From: Thermovirgaceae bacterium
GTDB lineage: Bacteria > Synergistota > Synergistia > Synergistales > Thermovirgaceae
Assembly: GCA_040767805.1 (NCBI GenBank)
Contig: JAXGNU010000003.1
Span: 1-64,000 of the forward strand
Direction of reading: 5' to 3'
DNA length: 64,000 nt
Positions 23,670 to 34,537 of this stretch are shown one piece after another; within the stretch, counting starts at the first letter, position 1; every line of letters starts with the position of its first letter. The notes below the pieces were generated by a model that was not told where the DNA came from, ran no database searches, and saw nothing but the letters and a program-made list of their open reading frames with translations. The position numbers were made by a program, and so were the translations under genes.

Positions 23670-24061
23670 TGCTCGGCGCCCGGGTCCACGAGAAGACCCG
23701 CTGTATCCACGCCCGCATTTCTCAAGGCGTCCAGGAAGGAGACGACGAAACCGTAGCGAACCTCCCTGTCGGCGGCTATGATGATCCTCTTCCCTTCCCT
23801 GAAAGAGGCCAGGGCCCTTTCGATCGCCTGCTCCTTGGTCAAGGCCCCGCCTTCGGAGAAAAGACCCCCATCCCTATTGATGGAGATCGTGAAGGACTTC
23901 CCTGAAAACCGCTCACCCGTGGCGCCGGGAAGGTTCACCGGGAGGAGCGGCTCGGAAAAGACCGCCGTCAGCACGAAGAAAATAATGAGCATGAACAGCA
24001 CATCCACGAGGGGGGTCAGCTCGACCTCCGGAAGGTTTCGCCTCGCCCTGGTGCGTCTCAC
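23666..24061 (-). CDS. exbD: ExbD/TolR
   Basis: ELTPLVDVLFMLIIFF, ADREVRYG. Confidence 0.9.
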   Translation of the reverse strand: MRRTRARRNLPEVELTPLVDVLFMLIIFFVLTAVFSEPLLPVNLPGATGERFSGKSFTISINRDGGLFSEGGALTKEQAIERALASFREGKRIIIAADREVRYGFVVSFLDALRNAGVDTAGLLVDPGAEQ

Positions 24062-24945
24062 GGTTTGCCTCCCTGGAAGCTCCGGGCGGCTTCAAGGAGG
24101 ATCCGGGCGGCTTCCACCACCCTTGGCCCCGGGTGGAAAAGCAGGTCCGCCGAAATGGAGACCACCTTCCTTTCCCTGATCGCCGCTATGGGAAAATCCT
24201 TCAAGGTCTCAAGGAGCGATTCCGGCGTGACGGACATCCCCCTTTTTGTAGCCGGGACCAATATTATATCGGGATCTCTTGAAACGATACCTTCAGGGTC
24301 CATCTGGGGAAAGGTGTAATGGATGTCCGACGCGGCGTTTGGGATGCCTATGGCCCTCATTATGTCGTTGATATAGTTTACGCCTCCGGCCACGGTGAGA
24401 GGGTCGTGCCACAGGACGACGAGCAATGACGGCGCTCCCCCGGGAAAGGTCCGGGCTACCTCTTCCCTGACGGCCTTGAGCCCCGCTTCCATGCTCTCCA
24501 GGACCTCCCCGGCCCTGTTCTCCATCCCGAGCCTGGCGCCAAGGGCGGCGATACCGCTTTTAACCCCGTCCAGTCCCCTGTGGATCGTCAGGGGCAATGT
24601 TGCCACGCCGAGGGACTCGAGCCTTTCCAACAGTTTGCCGTGGAACGTGGCGATGCCGATCACCAGGTCCGGGGAAAGGGAAAGGATCTTTTCCAGGGAA
24701 GGATCGAAGTACCCCCCCACCGAAGGAAGATCCTTGACCTCTTCCGGCGAGACATCGTGGTCGGTGACCCCTACCACCCTTCCTCCGGCCCCGATGGCGA
24801 AGAGGCTCTCGGTGATCGAGGGAGCCAGCGATACTACCCTGTCGGCTTCTCGGGAGGAGCCCGGCGAAACCGGTCCGGGGGAACAGGAGAGGAAAAACAT
24901 CAGGGAAGTGGCGGCGCCTAGCCTAAGGATGCCGGCCTTCATCAT
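24058..24945 (-). CDS. Helical-backbone periplasmic binding lipoprotein (BtuF-like)
   Basis: Lipobox-like FLSC, RVVSLAPSITE, EKILSLSPDLVI, HPGPR. Confidence 0.82.
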   Translation of the reverse strand: MMKAGILRLGAATSLMFFLSCSPGPVSPGSSREADRVVSLAPSITESLFAIGAGGRVVGVTDHDVSPEEVKDLPSVGGYFDPSLEKILSLSPDLVIGIATFHGKLLERLESLGVATLPLTIHRGLDGVKSGIAALGARLGMENRAGEVLESMEAGLKAVREEVARTFPGGAPSLLVVLWHDPLTVAGGVNYINDIMRAIGIPNAASDIHYTFPQMDPEGIVSRDPDIILVPATKRGMSVTPESLLETLKDFPIAAIRERKVVSISADLLFHPGPRVVEAARILLEAARSFQGGKP

Positions 24946-25555
24946 TCCCCGGTACCGATCTCAACACTTTCTCGCGGACCATGAAGTCCACACCCCGCCA
25001 GAGCATCTCCTCGGCCCTTTCAAGGCGCACGGAGAAGAAGGCATGGAACAGGATGAGCGGCACGGCCACGGAAAGTCCCGCGACGGTGGTAAGGAGCGCC
25101 TCCCAGATCCCGCCGGCCAGAACGGCGACGCTGGAACCCGACAGGCCCGGGAGGTTCCTGAAGACATCTATCATGCCTATCACGGTCCCCAGGAGCCCCA
25201 GCAGGGGCGTTACCCTGGCGATGGTCGCCAGGGACCCCAGGCCCCGTTCCCATCGGAACACCTCACGTCTTACTTCCTGTTCCAACAGGATCTGCATGGC
25301 CTCATGGTCCACTTCCCAATGGTCCACGGCGACCCTGAACAGCCGGTGAAGGGAACTGTCCTTCGCCCTGACGAGGTTCGAAGCTTCTTCCTTTTTCCGG
25401 TGGTATATCAGTTCACCGAGGGAGAGTTCCAGCGACGGGGCATCGGTGGAAGCCCTGGAGATGAACCAGAATCTCTCAAACACGATGGCCCCTCCCAATA
25501 CGGAGAGCCCCAGGATTATCCACATTACGGGTCCGCCCAGGTCCATGAATTCCAT
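24923..25555 (-). CDS. exbB: ExbB/TolQ/MotA proton channel
   Basis: GGPVMW, TPLLGLLGTVIGMI, EALLTTVAGL. Confidence 0.9.
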   Translation of the reverse strand: MEFMDLGGPVMWIILGLSVLGGAIVFERFWFISRASTDAPSLELSLGELIYHRKKEEASNLVRAKDSSLHRLFRVAVDHWEVDHEAMQILLEQEVRREVFRWERGLGSLATIARVTPLLGLLGTVIGMIDVFRNLPGLSGSSVAVLAGGIWEALLTTVAGLSVAVPLILFHAFFSVRLERAEEMLWRGVDFMVREKVLRSVPGNDEGRHP

Positions 25556-25569
25556 GGTTACGCCCTTTC

Positions 25570-27513
25570 CTACTGGACTACCAGGCTTCTTACGGCGGCG
25601 GCGAGGTTTTCGGGGTCAAGGCCCATGGCGGAAAGGACCTCCGAAGAAGACCCGGAATCCCCGTACCTCGTGACGCCGAGGGTCCTAAGAGGGCAGCAGC
25701 TGCCGGTTTTAAGCAGCATGGAGGCCACGATAGAACCCAGCCCGGTGGAAGCGTGGTGGTCCTCAAAGGTCACTATCCTGCCCGTACGAGCGGCCTGGGC
25801 GATGGCGGAAGGGTCCATGTGCAGCGGGCATCCGGCATGGTAGACCGATACGTTGAAACCCTGGTCCTTTAAAAGTACATGGGCCTCCAGGGCCCTCCCT
25901 GCCATATGGCCCGTGGCGATGATCGCTCCGTCATCGCCCTTCCTGAGCAGGTCCACGGCACCGTATCGGAAAACGTAGCCGCCGGCGTAAAAGGGCTCCC
26001 CCTTCTCGTCGGTCACCACCGGTATCTTGCTCCGCCCCATGGCTATGCAGATGTTCCCCGGTTCGGACAGGGCCCAACGGGTCATCCTGTCCGCCTGGTT
26101 GGGATCGGCCGGAATGAGGAGCCTCCAATTGAACAGGTTCCTCAAAAGACCGATGAAGTCGATACACTGGTGGGTCTCGCCATCCTCACCTACGTCAAGC
26201 CCGACGTGGGTCAGGGCGAGTTTCAGGTTTGTCCGGTTTATATCGTTCAGCCTTTGCTGGTTATAGGCCTCTCCCAGGCCGAAAACGCCGAAATCGGCCC
26301 AAAGACTTACGGCTCCGGCGATGGAGGCCGCGCCAGCGACGGTCGCGGTGGAATGCTCCTGGATGCCCGTTTCGATGAACCACTCCGGGCAGGCTTTCGC
26401 GAAACCCTCAGTTTTGACGGAGCCGGCGAGGTCACAATCGAAAACGAGCAAGGGATCGCTTCCCGGGGACTGGTAGTTGAGCCTGCCTACCTCCTCGAGG
26501 GCTTTGCCGAAACTCGACCTGTTGTCGGTTCTTTCCCCGGTCCCGTAGTTCCTGGGTTCACCCGTCACTATGGAAGGGACCCGCGATCTTGGCTTTTTCG
26601 GACGGTCAAAGGAACAGGAAGAACGTCGTCCGAGGGCTTTCTCGAGCATAGCCGGTGACGCGCCGAGTTCCGCCATGGCCTGCAGGTAGCGCTCTCCCGA
26701 GGCAGCCTTGCCGTGGTAATCGGGAACACCTTCCATGAAGGAGACCCCCTTACCCATCACGGTATGGCAGATCACCACCGTGGGCCTTTCGCTGGACCTC
26801 GCCTCGGCCAGGGCCTTGTACAGGGCCCTGGGGTCATGGCCGTCGCATTCCGTTACGCTCCACCCGTCTACCTTCCAGAGGCCCGGCAGGTCTGCCTTCA
26901 TGATGTCCCCGGTCCTGCCGGAGATCTGGATATCGTTGAAGTCCACCAGGGCCGTTATCCCCGACAACCGATAATGGGAAGCGATCCTCCTGGCCTCCGC
27001 CACTTGACCCTTGACCTGTTCCCCGTCGCTCATCAGCACGTAGACATGGTCATTCCTGCCCCTGGCCCTTATAGCCAGGGCGAAACCCACGCCCGCCGAA
27101 AGTCCTTGCCCAAGGTTGCCACTCCCCCAGTCGATCCCCGGCACGACCCTTTCGACATGGCCCTGGAAGGGACTGCCAGCCTGTCGGAAGTGAGCCAAGG
27201 CGCTCTCGGTGTGAATAAAACCGTACATGGCGAGGGCGGCATAGGCTCCCGGAGAGGTATGACCGTGGCTTATCACGACGAAATCGCGCTCAAGACCGGC
27301 GTAGTTTTCCGGAGTGATGTTGGCCGCGCCGTAGGCGAGCAGGTACATCTCCATGCTGGAGAGTGAGCCGGCGGGGTGGCCACTACCGGCCGCCGAAGTC
27401 ATGGTCACCGCCCAGGCACGGCTCTCCCTCGCCGCTTTATTTATCAGGGCGACATCATCGTCCTGGAGGAGCATCTCCGGGAAACCTCTGAAGGCGCTCT
27501 TCAGATCTTTCAT
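25570..27513 (-). CDS. tkt: Transketolase
   Basis: GSGHPAGSLS, SHGH, GNLGQGLS, SDGE ThDP motif, GEDGETHQ. Confidence 0.9.
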   Translation of the reverse strand: MKDLKSAFRGFPEMLLQDDDVALINKAARESRAWAVTMTSAAGSGHPAGSLSSMEMYLLAYGAANITPENYAGLERDFVVISHGHTSPGAYAALAMYGFIHTESALAHFRQAGSPFQGHVERVVPGIDWGSGNLGQGLSAGVGFALAIRARGRNDHVYVLMSDGEQVKGQVAEARRIASHYRLSGITALVDFNDIQISGRTGDIMKADLPGLWKVDGWSVTECDGHDPRALYKALAEARSSERPTVVICHTVMGKGVSFMEGVPDYHGKAASGERYLQAMAELGASPAMLEKALGRRSSCSFDRPKKPRSRVPSIVTGEPRNYGTGERTDNRSSFGKALEEVGRLNYQSPGSDPLLVFDCDLAGSVKTEGFAKACPEWFIETGIQEHSTATVAGAASIAGAVSLWADFGVFGLGEAYNQQRLNDINRTNLKLALTHVGLDVGEDGETHQCIDFIGLLRNLFNWRLLIPADPNQADRMTRWALSEPGNICIAMGRSKIPVVTDEKGEPFYAGGYVFRYGAVDLLRKGDDGAIIATGHMAGRALEAHVLLKDQGFNVSVYHAGCPLHMDPSAIAQAARTGRIVTFEDHHASTGLGSIVASMLLKTGSCCPLRTLGVTRYGDSGSSSEVLSAMGLDPENLAAAVRSLVVQ

Positions 27514-27597
27514 CAGGCAAACCTCCCAGCAATATCAATGAGTGGACAGGGTCGTCCTCTCGTCCCATCAAGGATTATAACCCTAACGGAGGGGCAT

Positions 27598-27624
27598 AAA
27601 AAACGGCGACCTACGGTCGCCGCA
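27598..27624 (-). terminator. Intrinsic terminator after alr
   Basis: CGGCGACC-GTA-GGTCGCCG plus T-run on the minus strand. Confidence 0.7.
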
Positions 27625-27663
27625 GGGTTCCTTTCAGTTGCCGATGACGGCCTTCGCGGCCCT

Positions 27664-28785
27664 CTAGATGTAAACCCTCGGGACTCTTGGACCGAAAAGG
27701 CTGGATACCTCGTAGTTGATCGTGCCGAGCAGAGAGGCAATCTCCTCGGGGGTGACCGATTCCCGTCCCTGGCTTCCCACGAGGACGACCTCATCGCCGG
27801 GGGCTGCGCCGGGGATTTGGGTCACATCGACCATGGTCTGGTCCATACAGATGCTGCCTACGATGGGCGCCCTTTGCCCCCTTATGAGGACCGAGGCCCT
27901 CATCGAGAGGGGTCTGGTGTAACCGTCGTGATAACCGATCGGGAGGATGGCTACCCGCTCCGTCCCCCTGGTCATGTACCGGAGGCCGTAGCCGATGCCG
28001 CTGGAGGGCGGCAATTCCCTGACGACGGCCACCGAGGTCTTGACCTCGAAGACGGGCTTGATATCGACGCTCCTTTTGCAGTATTGGGAAGGCCACATCC
28101 CGTACAGGATGAGCCCGGGCCTCACCGCGTCGAGGTGCATTTCGGGGAAATTCACCGTTCCTGCGCTGTTGCACACGTGCCTCAACCTGAACCTGACATT
28201 CCGGGAGCGCAAGGTATCCAGCACCTCGCCGAACCTCCCGAACTGGATACGGGTGTACTCGGGGTTTCTTTCGTCGGCACAGGCGAAATGGGTGAAGATC
28301 CCTTCCAGATCGATCCCGGGGAGGTGAAGGATCTTATCGACCGCCCCGGGGACTTCCTTCGGGAGAAAACCGATTCTTCCCATCCCCGTGTCAACCTTGA
28401 GGTGCAGCCGGGCCGTCTTGCCCTGGTTCACCGCCGCCCTGCTCAGGGCCTCCGCGAAGGAAAGGTCGGTACACGCGGCGGTTATGCCCATGGCCACGAA
28501 GGTCTCGGCCGCCTCTAGCGGCGAAGGGCCCATCACGAGCGTGGGTTCGCTTATACCGTTTTCCCTTAATTCCACAGCCTCATCGGGCGTGGCCACGGCA
28601 AAACGCTGACAACCGACCTCCTGGAAAACCTTGGCGGCCTGTCTCGCTCCGAAACCGTAGCCGTTGGCTTTTACGACCGCCATGAGACTGCAGCCCCTGT
28701 CCACGGATCCTGAAAGGGCCCTGAAATTGAAGGCGAGGTTCTCCAGGTTGACCTCCATCCTGGTAGGTCTGAGGGACAAGATCAT
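27664..28785 (-). CDS. alr: Alanine racemase
   Basis: AVVKANGYG, KVDTGMGRIG, VRPGLILYG, GSICMDQ. Confidence 0.95.
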   Translation of the reverse strand: MILSLRPTRMEVNLENLAFNFRALSGSVDRGCSLMAVVKANGYGFGARQAAKVFQEVGCQRFAVATPDEAVELRENGISEPTLVMGPSPLEAAETFVAMGITAACTDLSFAEALSRAAVNQGKTARLHLKVDTGMGRIGFLPKEVPGAVDKILHLPGIDLEGIFTHFACADERNPEYTRIQFGRFGEVLDTLRSRNVRFRLRHVCNSAGTVNFPEMHLDAVRPGLILYGMWPSQYCKRSVDIKPVFEVKTSVAVVRELPPSSGIGYGLRYMTRGTERVAILPIGYHDGYTRPLSMRASVLIRGQRAPIVGSICMDQTMVDVTQIPGAAPGDEVVLVGSQGRESVTPEEIASLLGTINYEVSSLFGPRVPRVYI

Positions 28786-28863
28786 ACCCTCCTTTCAAAG
28801 GAAGGGGGCGGGAAACCCCGGCCCCCTTTGAAGCGAAAGGTTATTCGCCTTGTAGGTAAGGAT

Positions 28864-30239
28864 CTATTTTAGCTCTCCGCTTTTGCGCTTGGCGTCGAAA
28901 TCCTTGACCATCTTGCGCATCTCGTTGGAGACCCAAAGGAGCGCTACAAGGTTCGGAGCCGCCATGAGGCCGTTCATGGTGTCCGACAGGTCCCAGAGGT
29001 TGGTGAGGAACTGCCCGCCGCCGCCGATCGCGCCGACCAGGCATATCGCGATCCAGAGGAACTTGTAGATTGGGGTGATCTTCAGGCCGAAAATGTAAAC
29101 CGCACCGGTCTCACCGTACCAGTACCATCGAGTATGGTCGAGAAGGCGAACATGGCGAGGCCAAGAGACAATATCCATACACCCGGGGTTCCGAGAACCG
29201 ACTGGAAGGCCGTCAGTGTCAGCTGCGCGCCGGTCAGGTCGGGCCTTCCCGTGAGGGTGCCCGTGGCGATGACGCTGATGCCCGTTATGGAACAGACCAC
29301 GATGGTGTCCACGAACACTTCGAAGAGGCCGTATGCGCCCTGTCTCACGGGGTGGTCTGTGATGGCCGTGGCGTGGACCATCGGAGCAGAGCCGAGACCC
29401 GCCTCGTTGGAGAAGACCCCGCGGGCGACGCCCTTGGTGAGGGCCTGCTTGACCGACCATCCGGCTATAGCCCCCGGTATCGCCATCGGGTCATTGAAGG
29501 CGTAGCAGACAGCCTGGCCGATGGCATGGGGGATCAGGTTGGCGTGCAGAAGGATGACCGCCCCTCCGCCGATTATGTAGAAGATGGCCATGAAAGGTAC
29601 CAGGTAGGTGGTGACGTCCGAGATCCTCTTGACCCCGCCGATGATGACGAGGGCTACAAGCACGACGATGACGATGCCGGAGATCCAGCAAGGCACCCCG
29701 AAGCCCAGCTCAAGCGCCTGGGCGGTGGAGTTGGCCTGGGTGGCGTTGCCGATCCCGAAGGCCGCGAAGGTGGTGAAGAAGGCGAAGAGCCAGGCCAGCC
29801 ATTTCTGGCCCGTGGCCTTCTCCAGGACGTGCATGGTGCCGCCGCGCCAGTTCCCACCCTCGTCCTTTTCGCGGTACCTCACCGCGAGGGCCGCCTCGGT
29901 CATCTTGGTGGTCATCCCGAAGATGGCTGTGATCCACATCCAGAAGAGGGCCCCGGGGCCCCCGAGGTGGATGGCCGTCGCGACACCCGCGATGTTACCG
30001 GAACCCACCGTGGAAGCCAGGGCGACCGACAGCGCCGCGAAGGGGGTGATGGTACCCTCATCCCCCTGCTTCTGGCCTATCTTGCCGAGAACTTCCTTGA
30101 ACATGTACACGAAATACCTTACCTGGGGGAAACCAAGGATGATAGTAAGATAGATGCCTGTACCGACGAGCAGCGCGAGCATGGGGGGACCCCAGACTAT
30201 GCCGTTGACGACACCATTAATAGCCATCAAGCCTTCCAT
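28864..30239 (-). CDS. Sodium:alanine/glycine symporter (AGCS family), one frameshift near 29130
   Basis: GSGNIAGVATAI, GGPGALFWMW, RGVFSNEAGLGSAP, VFVDT; adding one G restores ILGWYWYGE and joins the C-terminus. Confidence 0.9.
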
Positions 30240-30390
30240 ATCAAAAATCCCTCCTTCTTCTCTGTCCTGCTGCACAAAAACCCAGGATCAAAGTGCCATT
30301 TCAGCCGCGCAGCCTCTCCGAGTCATTACCACCCCCTGTCTCTGATCTCAGTTGTTATACAGGAGCAGTTTGATTAAATCTCCAGGTGAA

Positions 30391-30399
30391 ATTATACCA
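30391..30399 (-). promoter_or_regulatory. Extended -10 promoter upstream of the agcS-alr pair
   Basis: TGgTATAAT on the minus strand between grdD and the symporter. Confidence 0.45.
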
Positions 30400-30438
30400 T
30401 AAAGGACTGCTCTTGTTTTCACTTACTGTTCCTCCAGG

Positions 30439-31593
30439 TTAAATGTAGCCATCGCTTCTGAGTACTTCTTCGGCTTCCTTGAAGTATCCTGGAGGGGACC
30501 TTGACCACCGGGCCGGTGCATCCCATGGCGGATTCGGCGTAGAGACCCCTTTTCCAAAGAGCCTTGACGGCATCCTCGATGGAGAGGACGTCGACGCCGT
30601 GGATCTCATCTTCGGTGGGCTCCTTGGGAGCATCTTCACCTCTTCGATCCCCTCATGCCTCGACGGGCGAAGATCCGCGAGGATGTCCGAGAGCCGCACC
30701 TTTCCGCGAAAGCAAGGTATTCGGCTACTCTTTCAGGAAGGGACCCGGCCGCCGCCGCCGCGGAAAACAGCAGCGCTCCGGCGATGACCGGGGCACCGGA
30801 AGCCCTCGAAATGATAGAAACGATGAAGGGCCACCCGCTACCGACGGAGGGCCCGTAACCCCACCCCGTAGCCTCGTACCCGCCCCCGGTCGTGAAGGCC
30901 GAGAACATTTTTATGAGCACGTTGCCGGTCAACGTATCGGTGACGCAGACATCGACAGCGCCGGCCAGGATATCGTTGCCCCTTAGAAGCGTCCCGCCGT
31001 CCTTCCTTACGCTGCTCCCGAAGGGGATCGGGAACCCCTTGTCGTGAAGCTTCTGGAGCGCCCTGAAGGCCGTCTGAGCCCCGTCGATGTTCAGGATCCC
31101 CACGGTGGGTTCGGCCAAGCCAAGGGCCTTGGCGGTGGCTATCCCGTAAACCGCGTTCCTGACCATGGCCTCGATCCTGTCAGTGGCGGTGGTGCCGGTC
31201 GTGGAGGCTATGAACATCGGCCTTCCCCGTGCCGGCGTCATAGCCCTACCAATGGTCGTCACCCCCAAGGGGAAGGGTAATGAAGGGCGACGGCCGCGCT
31301 GATATTCCCTTCCTTAAGGGCCGATTCCATGGCCCGGGAGATGTCCCCTCGCAATCGGGCGTTTCGATCCACCTCAACCGGTCAAAACCTTCGATCCTTG
31401 GCCCGATCATCACCACTTCAAGACCCGGCCTTGCTTCCTGGGCCGCGACAGCTCCCCGGGCCAGTTCCTCGGGGCCGAGTTCGCTCCCTGAAGCCATGAG
31501 CCCTACCCTCGTCCGCGGCCCCCCGCTTTTGGCGGACTCCACTATCTCGCGGAGGGCGTCGCCGATGATCCTTCTCGTTTCCGTCCGGTCGGC
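30439..31593 (-). CDS. grdD: Glycine reductase complex C, alpha subunit (PlsX-like); multiply frameshifted, start unresolved
   Basis: Fragments GSELG, HYPFPLGVTTIGR, STTGTT, LLRGND, GWGYGP, SRASGAPV and MGCTGPVV recovered across about 5 single-base indels. Confidence 0.85.
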
Positions 31594-33128
31594 GTGCTGC
31601 CGGCTGTTCCTTCGAAAGGTCCTCCAGGACTTCCAGGAGTATTCCTCGGACCTCCTCCAAAGTGACCCCCCTGGTTTCGCCGGGCTTACCCGAGGAGGGC
31701 TCGATGATAAAGGAAGCGCCGTCGGAGAGGTTGGTCAGCCTGGCCAAGAAGAGGCTCCCCTTCCCGATTATCATGACTCGCCCGTATTTTCCTTCCTTGA
31801 TGGCCTCACAGGCATGGCCGATGAAAGGGACCCCCGAGGGGATATGACCCTGGGTATGGGCGAAACCAGGGATACCCTTGCTCTCGACGAAGGAAGACAT
31901 CTCATCCTTGCCGAGCTCGCCCTTCATGACGGCAAGGGCGGCTATCATCTTGAAGTTGGCCGTCGGCACGTCTCCCGCGCCGGCCGGTACGGTGATCTCC
32001 GGGATCTGGAGTTCGGCGGCGAACTTATCGACGTCGCCGAAGGAAAGCCCTATCTTCTGCAGAGGTTCATAGACCAGCGCCGAGGTGATCGCCGCGGGGA
32101 GGCGCCGGCACCCACCGAGTGTTTCCCGAGGGCATCGAGGCCTCCATGACCGGGCACGTGCCGTCATCTACATCCAGGAGGACGGCGAAGCTCCCGAGAC
32201 AGTCTTCCAGGGCAGGCATGTCCTTCCTGACATGGTCCCGGCTGTTCATGTAAAGTTTTGGAACGGCTCCCCTGCCAGGACTACCACGTTGGGTCTCGCC
32301 CCGCTCGCTACCTGGGTCGCCCCGGCTATCACCGCGTTGACAGGTCCTGCACAAAAACTCCTGATGTCGAAGCCCGAGGCATTCACGCACCCGGCGATCT
32401 CGCAATGGCCTTGGCGAGTTCCCCCCGCCCCGCTGGTTCATGTCGCCCGCGGCTTCCTCGGAGCATTCGATGACGTAGTCGATGTCGGCCGGGGAAAGGC
32501 CGGTGGACTTTAAAAGGTGAAGAAGAGCCAGCACCGATCCTGCCTTGCTGGCAATATTTTCAAGAAGAACGTGCGCGGAGAGTGATTCGTCGAGATCATG
32601 CCCCTTCCTGCAACAACCGGCCACCCTGCCTCGGGAATAAAGTGGAAGGGCACCGTGTTCTTTCGTTTCCTTCTCTATCTCTGAAGAGGCATGACCTTTT
32701 TCCAACCGCGTCAGGATCTTCTCGTTCATGAGCGGGTGCCTGGCCATGACTTCGCGGACTTCACCGGCGAAGGACTCTTCGAGCCAGATAATATCGAAGA
32801 CATCGCAGATATCCATCAAGCCGAGGAACTCCTTCTCGGGCATGATCTCGCCGAATTTGCCGTACCGCGAGGCGCCATCGATCCTGTTACCGTACATCGG
32901 GGCGGGCTGCGCCTTCAGGTCATCCAGGTCCATCCCCCCTATATAGGCTTGGTTGGGGGCGTAGGCACATGCTTCTTCATAGGACTGCATGCTTTTACAC
33001 AGTTTTTTTATGTACTCCGTCTCTCCGTGGGTGATCCTCTCAATGTACGGGGTGACCCCGTAGTGAAGCCCCAGTTCCGGGGTATGGTTTAGGCAATAGG
33101 AATAACCCCTGATAGCGACACGGGCCAT
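31594..33128 (-). CDS. grdC: Glycine reductase complex C, beta subunit; multiply frameshifted, stop unresolved
   Basis: IECSEEAAGDMNQRGGGN, FCAGP, VPKLYMNSRDH, GFAHTQGHIPSG, GKGSLFLARLTNLSDG across about 5 indels. Confidence 0.88.
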
Positions 33129-33157
33129 GGGCCGCTCCTCCCTCCGTTTCTATAGAC

Positions 33158-33187
33158 GGATGGCCCGGATAAGGATCCGGGCCATCC
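33158..33187. other. Perfect 13-bp stem-loop between grdB and grdC
   Basis: GGATGGCCCGGAT-AAGG-ATCCGGGCCATCC with no adjacent T-run. Confidence 0.7.
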
Positions 33188-33195
33188 CTGGGTAC

Positions 33196-34503
33196 TTAAT
33201 CGTTAAAAACCGTCTGGTCCTCTACGGGCGTCTGGAGAGCCTTGAGGGCTTTCTCCACGATGGCACGCCTGATCTTCTTCTCCTCCTCGGGGGTCTTCGT
33301 CGGGTCCCCCAGGGGGTGAGGGATGGCCACCGCAGGCACGATCCTGTTCGCTCCAACGGTGAGTGAAATGGGCACTATGGTGCAGACGTGGACGACGGGA
33401 AGCCCCGCCCTTTCGATCTCTTTGACGATCGTTGCGCCGCAACGAGTGCAGGTCCCTCAGGTGGAGGTCACTATCACGGCGTCCACGTTGGCGTCCTTGA
33501 GCTTCTGGGCGATCTCCGTCCCAAAACGCCTGGCGTTGCCCACGGAGGTGCCGTTGCCGACGGTCGCATAGAAAGTCTCGTGAAATTTCTTGAAGGCACC
33601 CTCTTTTTCAAGGTCCCGCATCACGTCGACGGGCAGGACCCTGTTGGGATCGTCGTTCGCGTAGGTGGGGTCGTAGCCGCCATGGGCCGTCTCATGGGTC
33701 GAAGAGTTTATTGTCATGACGCCGGCCAGGCTGTATTCTCCGTACTTCGACGCGCTCGATGCCTCGATGTGGTCGGGGTTGCCCTTCGGTACGATGCCGC
33801 CGGAGGTCACGAGGGCGATGGTCGCGCTCTTCATGTCAGCCACCGGCGGGTTGGGAGGCACCCTGTCAAAGGTCGGCATGGGATATTCCGTTGTGAAGGG
33901 CTCTCCCTTGAGCTTCTTCACGAACATATCCACGGCCCTCTCGGCCCCGATCTTGTCCATGAAGAAGTTCACCCTTACGCCTCTTTCGATGTAGCCTTCA
34001 TCATCGGGCTTGCCTATCGGCTCGCCCTTGAGTTGCTTGAGAAGAAGGCGGGCCATGGCAGGAACCGCATCCTTCATGCCCCTGGCGCTGTCAGCTGTTC
34101 TGGCGATGTAGGTCGACTTACGGTACATGTCAACGCCGGGGTTCTCCTCGTACATACCCGACACGGTCGGTAGACCGAGGTTCTTCCTGACCGCTTCGCA
34201 GACGGCGCCGCAGGCGGTGCCGTAACGGCCGGCGTTGAAGGCCGGCCCGGCGACGACCGCGTCGGGAGAAAAGGACGCGATCAGGTCCAGGACCTCCTTC
34301 TCAGCCTTTTCAAGGTTATCGGCGAAGTAGGTGTCCCCGCAGATCACCGTTCCCACGATCTCCGCGTCAGGGGCTAAGGCCGCGTTAAAGGCTTGGCCGG
34401 GTCCTACGAAACCCTTCCTGGATTCCGGCTTATGGCCAGCCATCTCTTCACCGCCGATGCCTGCGAAGAACTGGTTGATATAATGGACTACCTTGTACTT
34501 CAT
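33196..34503 (-). CDS. grdB: Glycine reductase selenoprotein B (Sec at UGA 33457-33459)
   Basis: HYINQFFAGIGGEE N-terminus; in-frame TGA gives TST-U-GTCTRC and the frame stays open to TAA at 33196; hairpin CGTTGC-GGC-GCAACG 12 nt after the UGA. Confidence 0.96.
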
Positions 34504-34537
34504 ATGATCATTTCCCCCCTTTCTTCGGGGCTGCCCT

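Noticed and set aside
24395..28518. Long plus-strand ORFs (24395..25843, 25879..26658, 27376..28518) and similar ones elsewhere
   Set aside because: Antisense shadows of clear minus-strand genes in GC-rich DNA; no recognisable motifs.
30439..33128. Programmed frameshifting or phase variation in grdC/grdD
   Set aside because: Too many independent indels, no slippery sites or long repeats; sequencing error is simpler.
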